Origin: a virus
DNA length: 64,000 nucleotides
Strand: one strand, 5' to 3'
IMG/VR virus record: IMGVR_UViG_3300042374_000500
Coordinates: 2,306-66,305 of that record
Shown here piece after piece: positions 48,101 to 55,945 of this stretch. The translations under genes were made by a program, and so were the position numbers. The first letter of the stretch is position 1; each line of letters starts with the position of its first letter. The notes under the pieces were generated by a model, which saw nothing but the letters and a program-made list of their open reading frames with translations, did no database searches and had not been told where the DNA came from.

Positions 48101-48535
48101 CTCCATTACTTCCAATGTTAAATCTGGTTGTAAATGTGTTTCATGGATATTACCCTCATGTTCCCCTTGTTCCATCATATATGGGATTGCCACTAAACAG
48201 CCCTTATTTTGGCTTATAATTGAATCTATAAGGACTTGGGCATCTTCGGTAGCTATATGCTCTAGAACATCCCCTAAAATCACAAAATCATATGGAGTAA
48301 TATCAAACCCAACAATGCTTTGCACAAATACATTCTTATACTTATCCCTTAAATTGTACTTTTCTACATAAGGTTCAAAGATTTCAACAGCATCCATATC
48401 AAATCCATAGTCCTTTAGGAGCATTGAATATGTCCCTATCCCGGGGCCTGCGTCTAATATTTTAGCGTTTTTACTTAAATTTTCTACTAGATATTGCTTA
48501 ATATCTTCCTTAAAATAGCTGAAACTGTGTGGCAT
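45125..48535 (-). CDS. four-domain protein: SAM methyltransferase, GT-A glycosyltransferase, GT4 (GT-B) glycosyltransferase and Aah/TibC-like protein O-heptosyltransferase
   Basis: ILDAGPGIG/GDVLEH; YVDTD; APHLSTGGMPQ...KNQ...ECNPLVLREA; SKSLGDTLAW...FFIGLSSGLSWLAWAL...CNSCWN...C...C. Confidence 0.8.
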   Translation of the reverse strand: MPHSFSYFKEDIKQYLVENLSKNAKILDAGPGIGTYSMLLKDYGFDMDAVEIFEPYVEKYNLRDKYKNVFVQSIVGFDITPYDFVILGDVLEHIATEDAQVLIDSIISQNKGCLVAIPYMMEQGEHEGNIHETHLQPDLTLEVMEHRYPDLQLIYGNEYYGYYINKPQKHEKAYVLYADDSYFDLVDACCRSIRNYSSYPIYVYMLNSDKKVNVVDVNTIKWDCDVKSYIKRKDFIDRLDKSIYKLLIERPKITKDALTNYAKTIAYVDTDSVASAYVDRIFDFYDYDSTYPYFVEGVYDYLHINGRGGADSRDDLSTTLEHPACDLFGINQYVRQRYRQTGYYVAGQKTIDFLDEWYWMCNHPKIVANHQWYAPYHEETIMNVLLYKRLAYNGLPCMYVNGLHSNLEFTGEARVDGNWLRIPAKKEDLLFYHGEKDINKINEFIGGEKKMRILYLAPHLSTGGMPQFLLKRIEALNDYTDCEIYVVEYQCYSLDFVVQRDKIKSLLGENFTTLYEDKMELFKVIDKWRPDLIHIDEPSERLDMGMVKRLYDSNRKYRIVETCHDVSFDPDKEKIFHPDSYIFCSPYHEQTFANMVSKFVTIEYPINQKPFDQAHYIQAINELGLSMHKKNVLNVGLWTSGKNQGEGIEIAKKYPNIDFHFVGNQAGNFKDYWEPLMKDLPPNVKVWGERNDIDKFMTAADIFMFNSTWECNPLVLREAISYGLPIIARNLPQYGNMFTDYLQPIDSDLNTLECNYEVPTDNTTPIFAFRQEDAYKKIIELPIQNQKASITQHFVDNPFLEIKGNVDDLFKVAFYDGEGKCQYENFVKSNHWIKLNRTYFTNWTTKVWQNNQMIYANYLHLNGKRVFIVLESKSLGDTLAWVPYALEFQKLHQCKVILSTFWNKILDYPELELVEPGVVVDNIYALYRLGWFYNSDKEPEVPNTIPLQKAATNILGLEFKEIRPILKIENKSKLSGKYITIATNSTSGCKFWTREGWQEVINYLHEEGYAVINVSKEDNPFDNCTKISDTSIENTIDVILNSEFFIGLSSGLSWLAWALKKKVIMISNFTSADHEFQLDCIRITNTNVCNSCWNENGIIFDKGDWNWCKHKDTDKHFECHKSITAQMVIEKIKAAI

Positions 48536-48540
48536 ATTTA

Positions 48541-48590
48541 CAAAAGTAATTAATTTAATTAAAAAACAAATAAAATTTCATAATATTGCA
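48541..48590. promoter_or_regulatory. divergent promoter region of the glycosylation locus, with the 16-bp motif at 48548-48563
   Basis: Minus strand TACTTTTG (48541-48548) and TTTG (48567-48570), with the motif in the spacer. Confidence 0.65.
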
Positions 48591-48592
48591 TT

Positions 48593-48964
48593 ATGAAAAT
48601 AGAAGTAAGTATCGGTGAAGTAGTAGATAAGTATACTATATTAACCATAAAAAAGCTATTCATTCATGACAATGAAAAGCTGGAAAACGTAGAAAAAGAA
48701 TGGAAAATAATTAAATCTGCTCTATTAAAAAAATATCCTGAAACATTAACAGAGCCATTAACCCAAGAGCTTTATGATATAAATAAAAGGCTATGGAAAG
48801 TAGAGGATGATCTAAGGGATTGCGAGCATAAAAATTATTTTGGAGAAAAATTTGTGGAGTTGGCTAGGGAAGTTTACCAATTGAATGATGTGAGAGCCAT
48901 TATAAAGAAGCAAATTAACCAAAAATATGGTTCTGAATTAATGGAAGAAAAATCTTATAAATAA
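48593..48964 (+). CDS. DUF6165-like helical protein
   Basis: VSIGE-x-x-DK-x-TIL-x-IK...LWKVEDDLR...ND-x-RA-x-IK-x-x-IN...EEKSY. Confidence 0.75.
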   Translation: MKIEVSIGEVVDKYTILTIKKLFIHDNEKLENVEKEWKIIKSALLKKYPETLTEPLTQELYDINKRLWKVEDDLRDCEHKNYFGEKFVELAREVYQLNDVRAIIKKQINQKYGSELMEEKSYK

Positions 48965-48965
48965 T

Positions 48966-49895
48966 ATGAATTTACGTTTTATTTGTGCGCAGCCAGCAAG
49001 TGATTATTACGTTTGGCAAGTTGAAACACTTTTGAATAATTTCATTAGTGTTGGTATTAATCCTAATAATGTTGATATAGTATGTTGGAAAGTAAATGGA
49101 GTAATCCCAGAAAATTGGATAAAATTAGCTAATGGTTATCCAGCGAGATTTTTTTTCTATGATGACACTAGAGAAACAAGGCATTACATATCTTCCATAA
49201 GACCAAACATCTTAAAACAACATTTTCAAGCTTTCCCTGAATTAGAAAATGAAGCTATTTTGTATCATGATTGTGATATTGTATTTACTAAGCCAATTGA
49301 TTGGAACCAATTTTTACAAGACGACAAATGGTATGGATCTGATTGCAGATGGTACATAGGACACGACTACATTATAGGCAAAGGAGAAGATATATTAGAT
49401 AAAATGTGCGAAATAGTAGACATAGATAAGCAACTAGTAAAAGACAACGAACTAAATGCAATAGGCGCACAATATCTAATGAAGGGTATCAATGCAGAAT
49501 ATTGGGCAAGAGTAGAAAAAGATTGCGAAAGGCTATTTAAAGAAATAACCGATATAAACAATGAAAAGAAAGCCATAAATCCATCATATCATGAATTACA
49601 GATATGGTGTAGCGATATGTGGTGTGTGCTTTGGAACGGATGGAAAATGGGCAAAGAAACTATATGCCACCCATCACTAGAATTTGCTTGGGCAACAAGT
49701 ACCGAAGCGGATTGGGATAGATTAAATATATTCCATAATGCGGGCGTTACAGATACAGCAAGTGGTTTATTTTATAAAGCATTGTATATAAATACGTTGC
49801 CTTATAGTGAAACTTTGGATATAAAAGAAGGGACAGCAAGTAAAAAATATTGGGAAATAATACAAGAAACAGCTAAAAAATCAGTTTTATTATGA
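48966..49895 (+). CDS. GT-A glycosyltransferase resembling plant peptidyl O-glycosyltransferases (SERGT/HPAT, GT96/GT95)
   Basis: YYVWQ, YISSIRP, YHDCDIVFTKP, IWCSDMW. Confidence 0.6.
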   Translation: MNLRFICAQPASDYYVWQVETLLNNFISVGINPNNVDIVCWKVNGVIPENWIKLANGYPARFFFYDDTRETRHYISSIRPNILKQHFQAFPELENEAILYHDCDIVFTKPIDWNQFLQDDKWYGSDCRWYIGHDYIIGKGEDILDKMCEIVDIDKQLVKDNELNAIGAQYLMKGINAEYWARVEKDCERLFKEITDINNEKKAINPSYHELQIWCSDMWCVLWNGWKMGKETICHPSLEFAWATSTEADWDRLNIFHNAGVTDTASGLFYKALYINTLPYSETLDIKEGTASKKYWEIIQETAKKSVLL

Positions 49896-50404
49896 CAACA
49901 AAAATAGTAGAGTCAGAAAATCCACTTGAACATTGGAACGATATTCAAAGCGTGGAAGGCAAGGTGGTATTGGATTTAGGGTGTGGATGGTTATTCCAGC
50001 CATTTGAATCAACTCCTCAATATTTTATAAGTAGGGGGGCTAAAAAAATAATTGGTGTAGATGCAGCATGCGGAGAAATTGAAAAGTTAAATCAAACTTT
50101 TCTTGACCACACTTTTATTTGCAAAACAATTTTAGAATTTGATGATTTAGCTAACTTAATTATAGATCATAAGCCACAATTAATTAAAATGGATATTGAA
50201 GGTTATGAGCATCATATGAAAAATATTACAGCAGAACAATTTGAATCAGTAGAAGAAATTGCCGTTGAATATCACAATCCAGAGTGTAAAAAAATATTAG
50301 AAGAAAAATTAACTGAACTAGGTTTTGATATATTTGCTACCAATCAATTTGGATGGTTTTGTACTGATATAAATGTAATGGGAATAATGCACGCAAAAAG
50401 ATAA
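49892..50404 (+). CDS. SAM-dependent methyltransferase (FkbM-like)
   Basis: VLDLGCG, LIKMDIEGYE, IAVEYH. Confidence 0.8.
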   Translation: MTTKIVESENPLEHWNDIQSVEGKVVLDLGCGWLFQPFESTPQYFISRGAKKIIGVDAACGEIEKLNQTFLDHTFICKTILEFDDLANLIIDHKPQLIKMDIEGYEHHMKNITAEQFESVEEIAVEYHNPECKKILEEKLTELGFDIFATNQFGWFCTDINVMGIMHAKR

Positions 50405-50405
50405 A

Positions 50406-51269
50406 ATGAAAATAAAAAAAGCTACATACGGAGGTGAGGATTGCAAAGATATTCTACAAAATAGAGTGTTGGCTAATAAATTAGTCATAAGAGTAAATAA
50501 TGATATAATTGGTGATCCTGCTGTCGGGCAAGTAAAATATTTAGAAATTGAATTTGAAGATGGTTTTACTGCTACAGTAAGAGAAGGTGATACTTTTGTT
50601 TATCCTAAATCAAATAACCGGAAATTAGGTATATTTTATTCTAATAACAACAACCATAAAATATGGGACTCAATATATAAGTCTTTAGATACAATAAAAG
50701 ATGCTAGCGATGGAGTAGCTGACATAGTTATTTGTACATGGGAGCATATGCCAAATGTTCCATTTCAGCAATTAAATAGCTGGTACAAAAGCCAATCTCA
50801 TCTTAATCAACTTCTTCAAATTATGCAATGTCTATATACGGCAAAGACAATGGGAGAATATGACTACGTTTCTTTTCTAGAGCATGATGTTATGTACCCA
50901 AAAGGCTATTTTGATTACCCAGATTTTGATCATGGCGATATTTTAACTAATATGAATTATGGAGGCGTTTGCATAGAAGGATGGCAAAAAAGAGGTCAAG
51001 ACGATGAACCTTTCCACCAAATGACTATGAGATTAAATGATGCTATTCAGCATTGTTTGAGCATTTTACCAAATGCATTGGTTACCAATAGCGGGTTAAT
51101 AGAATCTCAAACCTTTACAAGAAAGAAATGGCATTGTGAAAATGAAGCCATTCATATTAATCATGGAGTACATTTTACATCACATAATAGTATTTACAAG
51201 AAAGATAATTTAATTCAAAATCACCCATATTGGGGCGAACATGATAAATATAAAAATTTATTTATATGA
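50406..51269 (+). CDS. SUEL-lectin/DUF3395-like domain fused to a GT-A glycosyltransferase
   Basis: IKKATYG...NNDIIGDPAVGQVKYLEIEF followed by FLEHDVMY. Confidence 0.6.
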   Translation: MKIKKATYGGEDCKDILQNRVLANKLVIRVNNDIIGDPAVGQVKYLEIEFEDGFTATVREGDTFVYPKSNNRKLGIFYSNNNNHKIWDSIYKSLDTIKDASDGVADIVICTWEHMPNVPFQQLNSWYKSQSHLNQLLQIMQCLYTAKTMGEYDYVSFLEHDVMYPKGYFDYPDFDHGDILTNMNYGGVCIEGWQKRGQDDEPFHQMTMRLNDAIQHCLSILPNALVTNSGLIESQTFTRKKWHCENEAIHINHGVHFTSHNSIYKKDNLIQNHPYWGEHDKYKNLFI

Positions 51270-51490
51270 ACAAAATAAAAGAGATCCTAATTTCTTATGC
51301 AACTGCATTTAACCCCACTGAAGAACAAAAAGAAGTAGCAGAAAAAAGACTTGAAATATGTGCTGGTTGTGAGTTTTGGGTGCAATCTGCAATAAGAGAT
51401 TATTGTGGTAAATGTGGATGCACCACCAGTGCAAAAGTATTTAGTCCAGTAGGTGCAGATGCTTGTCCTGAAAAAAAATGGACAATTTAA
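51266..51490 (+). CDS. small Cys-rich protein (DUF6171-like)
   Basis: RLEICAGC...CGKCGC...CPEKKW. Confidence 0.7.
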   Translation: MNKIKEILISYATAFNPTEEQKEVAEKRLEICAGCEFWVQSAIRDYCGKCGCTTSAKVFSPVGADACPEKKWTI

Positions 51491-51528
51491 AAAATATAAT
51501 ATAATATTAGTTATATTTGTTAAAAAAA

Positions 51529-51732
51529 ATGAGCAATTTTGACCAAATAGATAGTGATTTTACACCTTTGGGTGTTATAACAATGGCTATATCATGGCTA
51601 AATATTTTAGGAATAGTAGTGTTAAATCCACTATTACAAACTGTAGTTTATTTGATGACAATTGTTTGGTTAGGGATGCAAATGTATGGTTTTATTAAAA
51701 AGCAGTTTTTTAAACATAAAAATAATGGTTAA
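51529..51732 (+). CDS. holin-like membrane protein (2 TM)
   Basis: Hydrophobic segments and basic C-terminus; first gene after the -7 box at 51512. Confidence 0.5.
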   Translation: MSNFDQIDSDFTPLGVITMAISWLNILGIVVLNPLLQTVVYLMTIVWLGMQMYGFIKKQFFKHKNNG

Positions 51733-52276
51733 AAACATCCTAATTTTAGCACTTACATTTGTAGTGCTTTTTTTCGTTTTAGCCCCTCATAAGGGAGGCG
51801 ATGCTAAAGTTATCACTACGATAGACACGCTAATAAAACATGACACAATAAGGAAATATAAAAAAGGGGATGCTATCCCTTTTGTTGTTTTAGATACAAT
51901 TTACCAAGTTAAGGAGGTACACGATACCACCTATATAGTTAATGATTATAATAAGGTAAAAGTTTATTTAGATACTTTGCGTATAAATACGGATAACTAC
52001 GTATCTATTCAAGATACAATCTCTCAAAATAAGATTTTTGGTAGAGGATATGACGCACATTTTACTGAAAAAACTATTGTGAAAGTAAGAGAATTACGCA
52101 CGCCACCACCACCACCAAAAGCAGCACTATATTGGGGAGTAATGGCAACTAAGCAAGAAAATAATTTTGGATATGGGGGAGGCTTGATTTACAAATCACC
52201 TAATAAAGGGATTATCCAATTAAATATTACTAACAATAAGCAGTTCCAATTAGGATACTACTCTAAAATATTTTAA
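51725..52276 (+). CDS. membrane-anchored lysis/spanin-like protein
   Basis: N-terminal TM, DT[LIT]-rich stalk, and C-terminal amphipathic beta strands ending in Phe. Confidence 0.5.
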   Translation: MVKNILILALTFVVLFFVLAPHKGGDAKVITTIDTLIKHDTIRKYKKGDAIPFVVLDTIYQVKEVHDTTYIVNDYNKVKVYLDTLRINTDNYVSIQDTISQNKIFGRGYDAHFTEKTIVKVRELRTPPPPPKAALYWGVMATKQENNFGYGGGLIYKSPNKGIIQLNITNNKQFQLGYYSKIF

Positions 52277-52278
52277 CA

Positions 52279-52599
52279 ATGCCAGCAACAAAAAAGACAG
52301 ATGAAAAAAAAGATGTAAATGTATCTGCAAATCCATTGCCTGTAAGCTTTAAAGATTTCGTTAAGCATCCAAAGGAAGCAATTGCATTTTTAGCTATTAT
52401 AGCAATGGGTTATTTGTATGTAGATATAAGAAGCACATTCCAGACCAATGCAGATAAGCAAGATAGAAGGGTTGATAAGGTAGAAACAAGACTAGATGCA
52501 GTACAAGATGCATTAAGAAGAAGCGATTCTTCAGGTGCAGTAACCGCATCCCAATTAAAAATGTTAAATGATTTAGGAGCTATAAAATCCCTTAAATAA
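52279..52599 (+). CDS. TM plus coiled-coil protein (holin/i-spanin-like)
   Basis: AIAFLAIIAMGYLYV followed by a coiled coil. Confidence 0.5.
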   Translation: MPATKKTDEKKDVNVSANPLPVSFKDFVKHPKEAIAFLAIIAMGYLYVDIRSTFQTNADKQDRRVDKVETRLDAVQDALRRSDSSGAVTASQLKMLNDLGAIKSLK

Positions 52600-52913
52600 T
52601 GAAATACTTAGTATTTATATTTTTATTTGGTTGTGGTGTTACAGCTCAAGGTGTAAGTGAGGAGTCAAAAGAGGATCAAGAATTGGATATGCTTTTAAAA
52701 AAAGCGCAGTCTAATATCCAAGCTCAAGCTACATTGCAAGATGCAGCTAGTAAAGAACAAAAAAAGATAGTAAAGCAGACCATTAGTCAAATTGTAGGAT
52801 TAAAAGAAGAAAACAAAGAATTAAAAATAGAATTAAATGAAACTAAAGCAAAGTTTGATAGTATTAGCTTTGATACTCTTGTGCCATTCCAGTTACTCCC
52901 AATACCCCGTTAA
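52599..52913 (+). CDS. putative lipoprotein with a coiled coil (o-spanin-like)
   Basis: MKYLVFIFLFGC lipobox-like signal. Confidence 0.5.
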   Translation: MKYLVFIFLFGCGVTAQGVSEESKEDQELDMLLKKAQSNIQAQATLQDAASKEQKKIVKQTISQIVGLKEENKELKIELNETKAKFDSISFDTLVPFQLLPIPR

Positions 52914-53235
52914 AAGAGTATTTAGAGGTGATTCGGTGGTAATAATGAAAGTGTCACAAGCAGATACAATCAATATGCTTTACAAGTTTTATTCTCAAAA
53001 AATAGATTCACTAACCGATTCAGTAGCAATTAAAAACAAAACAAATGAAGAACTTTATAAAAAATTACTTGTTAAAAATGATACAATCTTTTATTGGAAA
53101 GGTAAATACGAAGCAAGTAGAGAGCGCGCTCCAAGATACAGAGATATTAACTACGAAAAAGAAGAAGCTTTCCACCTCCTCCAAAAAATCATCCTCATCG
53201 GAGTCATAATTTTACAATTTAGTCAAATAAAATAA
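52837..53235 (+). CDS. secreted or membrane lysis-module protein
   Basis: Signal peptide and C-terminal hydrophobic segment; overlaps the previous gene by 77 nt. Confidence 0.5.
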   Translation: MKLKQSLIVLALILLCHSSYSQYPVKRVFRGDSVVIMKVSQADTINMLYKFYSQKIDSLTDSVAIKNKTNEELYKKLLVKNDTIFYWKGKYEASRERAPRYRDINYEKEEAFHLLQKIILIGVIILQFSQIK

Positions 53236-53236
53236 T

Positions 53237-53467
53237 ATGAAACAATTTTTCCAAGAAGATAATGGTAGATTTAGTATGAAAAGACTATGTGGTTTATTAT
53301 GTACAATAGCTCTATGTGCTACAATGTACCATAACCAATTTAGTGAGCAACACTTTGCACCAAGCCCTATCCTAGTAGAGGCAGTAGCTATGTTAGCCTT
53401 TGGCACTTTAGGATTAACATCAGTTGAGAAAATATTTAAAAAGAAAGAAAATGAAAATGCCGAGTAA
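53237..53467 (+). CDS. holin-like membrane protein
   Basis: G-x-x-SMKRL...GTLGLTSVEK; 2 TM; directly before the endolysin. Confidence 0.55.
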   Translation: MKQFFQEDNGRFSMKRLCGLLCTIALCATMYHNQFSEQHFAPSPILVEAVAMLAFGTLGLTSVEKIFKKKENENAE

Positions 53468-53498
53468 CGAAAAATTTTACAATTAAAATATTATAAAA

Positions 53499-53966
53499 AT
53501 GAAATTATCAGAACATTTAGATCTAAGCGAAGTAACCCGTAGCGAAACAGCAAAAAGAAATGGTATTAGCAATATGCCAACAGAACTACATATAGCTAAT
53601 TTTAAATTATTGGCTGAAAATATATTTGAACCAATTAGAAATAACTTTCGTTGCCCTATCCATATTTCTAGTGGATATAGATCAATTGAACTTAATCGTG
53701 CTATTAAGGGAAGTCTAACTTCACAGCATTGCCAAGGCGAAGCCATTGATATTGATATGGATGGAAGTGCAAATGGCGTTACTAACAAAATGGTTTTTGA
53801 TTACATCAAAGATAATTTAGAATTTGACCAATTGATTTGGGAATTTGGTACAAGTCAAAATCCGGATTGGGTTCATGTTTCATACGAAAGCACAGGTAAG
53901 CAAAGAAAACAAATTTTAAGGGCAACTAGGGTTAATGGTAGCACACAATACTCCCCATACAAATAA
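53499..53966 (+). CDS. endolysin, peptidase M15A
   Basis: ISSGYRS...SQHCQGEAIDI...FDQLIWEF...WVHVSY. Confidence 0.9.
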   Translation: MKLSEHLDLSEVTRSETAKRNGISNMPTELHIANFKLLAENIFEPIRNNFRCPIHISSGYRSIELNRAIKGSLTSQHCQGEAIDIDMDGSANGVTNKMVFDYIKDNLEFDQLIWEFGTSQNPDWVHVSYESTGKQRKQILRATRVNGSTQYSPYK

Positions 53967-53971
53967 AATTT

Positions 53972-54979
53972 ATGCCAGCTAAAAATGGTAATGCAGATAT
54001 TGCTAGACAATATCGCACAAAATATCCCGATATGCCAACATTAAAATTGGCAAGGATAATGTATAAAGAAAATAATTTAGCTTTCCCTAATGAGGAAGGC
54101 GCAAGGTCAACTTTAAGATACATAGAAGGTAAAAACGGGCAAAAGCACAGGTCTAGAAGTACAGTGAAAGAAAGTCAATTTTTAAAAACAGAGGATAGAC
54201 CAAAAAATCCATATAACTTACCAGCATCAGATGAAACTGCATTTGAGCCATTTATATTTAAAGGGCATAAAAAGGTTTTAATACTATCTGATATTCATGT
54301 GCCATATCATAGTATAGATGCGATAACGGCAGCTTTACAATATGCCAAGAAAAGTAAACCTGACGCTTTACTTTTAAATGGGGACACTATTGATTGTCAT
54401 AGACTTAGCAGATTCATTAAAGATCCAAAGAAAAGAAACTTTAAATTAGAATTAGATACATTTAAAGCATTGTTTGATGTATTTGAAAAGGAACTAAAGT
54501 GTAAGATATATTTTAAAATAGGAAATCACGAGGAGAGATATGAGCATTTCTTATATGAGAAAGCCGGTGAATTGGTAGGGATAGAGGAGTTTGAATTTGA
54601 GAATATCATTAAAGCTAGAGCCAGAGGAATAGAAATAATAGGGGACAAACGCCCAATGAAACTAAATAACCTTTGGGGAATTCATGGTCACGAATATGTA
54701 GGTGGTATCTCAGCTCCGGTAAACCCAGCAAGGGGCTTATTTTTAAAGGCAAAAGTTAGCACCTTTCAAGGGCATAACCACCAAACCTCAGAACATACAG
54801 AACCCACTCTTACGGGCAAGATGGTAACTACTTGGTCACTTGGTTGCCTAAGTGAATTGCATCCCGCTTATATGCCTTTAAATAAGTGGAATCATGGTTT
54901 TGCGGAAGTTGAGTTAGATCCAAACGGAGAGGACTTTGAATTCAATAACAAGCGTATTTTTAAAGGTAAAATTGTGTAA
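53972..54979 (+). CDS. calcineurin-like metallophosphoesterase
   Basis: SDIH, NGD, GNHE, HGHE, GHNH. Confidence 0.85.
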   Translation: MPAKNGNADIARQYRTKYPDMPTLKLARIMYKENNLAFPNEEGARSTLRYIEGKNGQKHRSRSTVKESQFLKTEDRPKNPYNLPASDETAFEPFIFKGHKKVLILSDIHVPYHSIDAITAALQYAKKSKPDALLLNGDTIDCHRLSRFIKDPKKRNFKLELDTFKALFDVFEKELKCKIYFKIGNHEERYEHFLYEKAGELVGIEEFEFENIIKARARGIEIIGDKRPMKLNNLWGIHGHEYVGGISAPVNPARGLFLKAKVSTFQGHNHQTSEHTEPTLTGKMVTTWSLGCLSELHPAYMPLNKWNHGFAEVELDPNGEDFEFNNKRIFKGKIV

Positions 54980-55383
54980 TGCCAAAGCAGAAGCCATATA
55001 AAACTTATACTTATAAGATACCAACGTTTTACGTTACTATTAAAATAATGGTAGCACCTAAAATGTCGGATATGCTTACCGATAAGATATTTGATTTAGA
55101 TGACAATAAGGATAACTATGCAAAAACTGCTGCTGCATTGTGCCTAACATACAAAGATGATATATACATATGCTTGCCAAATGAGGGCAAATTTGCCACT
55201 GAATTTATGTTCCACGAGATAATCCATGCCAAGAACTTTATATACTCAAAAAGGGGTGTTAAATTAGACGTAGATAATGATGAGAATGAGGCATATCTAG
55301 TCCAATATATTTATAGCAAATGCGAGGATGCTAAAAAGAAATTTGCCAAATCTCAAATACCTACTCCAAGTGAAAGCATATAG
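54979..55383 (+). CDS. small zincin-like protein
   Basis: HEIIH...E-x-x-AY. Confidence 0.6.
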   Translation: MPKQKPYKTYTYKIPTFYVTIKIMVAPKMSDMLTDKIFDLDDNKDNYAKTAAALCLTYKDDIYICLPNEGKFATEFMFHEIIHAKNFIYSKRGVKLDVDNDENEAYLVQYIYSKCEDAKKKFAKSQIPTPSESI

Positions 55384-55540
55384 AGTTTATTTCAAAAAAA
55401 ACGGCATAAACCTAACTAAATTGGTCTATGCCGAGTCTTTACTTGAAGTACTTAATCAATTCAAAAAAATGGAGGTCATTCTTATCAAAGAAATAGATAT
55501 GTTACCCGATGGAGAAATAGATATCATTTCTTTAAATTAA
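55370..55540 (+). CDS. small hypothetical protein
   Basis: Probable GTG start overlapping the previous gene. Confidence 0.45.
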   Translation: MKAYRVYFKKNGINLTKLVYAESLLEVLNQFKKMEVILIKEIDMLPDGEIDIISLN

Positions 55541-55648
55541 ATTTTTCTTTTAATTGAGTAATAACATACTTTGCCATATATGTCCAACATATAATCGCTA
55601 AAATAATTTGTACTTGAAACAAGTATTTTTCTAAAAAATCTATCATAT

Positions 55649-55837
55649 TTAATCTAATTTAATAATTAATTGATAAGTATCAATGCCATTAGGTTTTACT
55701 TCGGAATTCCAAATTTTTAAGACGGATCTCCTTCGGTAAGCATCATGAAACTTAAATTCCCTAATCAGTTTATCATTCTTGAATAATTGCATTGTCCCTT
55801 TTATTTTGTACCATTCCTTCTCTCTCTCGTTCTTCAT
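55649..55837 (-). CDS. hypothetical protein
   Basis: ORF in the leftward early array. Confidence 0.55.
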   Translation of the reverse strand: MKNEREKEWYKIKGTMQLFKNDKLIREFKFHDAYRRRSVLKIWNSEVKPNGIDTYQLIIKLD

Positions 55838-55945
55838 ATAGCTTCTTTAATTCTTTAAATTCTGAAATTAATGTTTTTATCCTTTCTCTTAATTCATCAT
55901 TTTCTAATTGAAGCAAGTAGTTAGGGCTTATTGTATATTTATTTT

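Noticed and set aside
45125-51269. Glycosyltransferases as DNA hypermodification or serotype-conversion enzymes
   Set aside because: Not excluded but disfavoured. There is no base hydroxymethylase or DNA polymerase in the window and no Gtr-like membrane proteins, and the GT types resemble protein-directed families.
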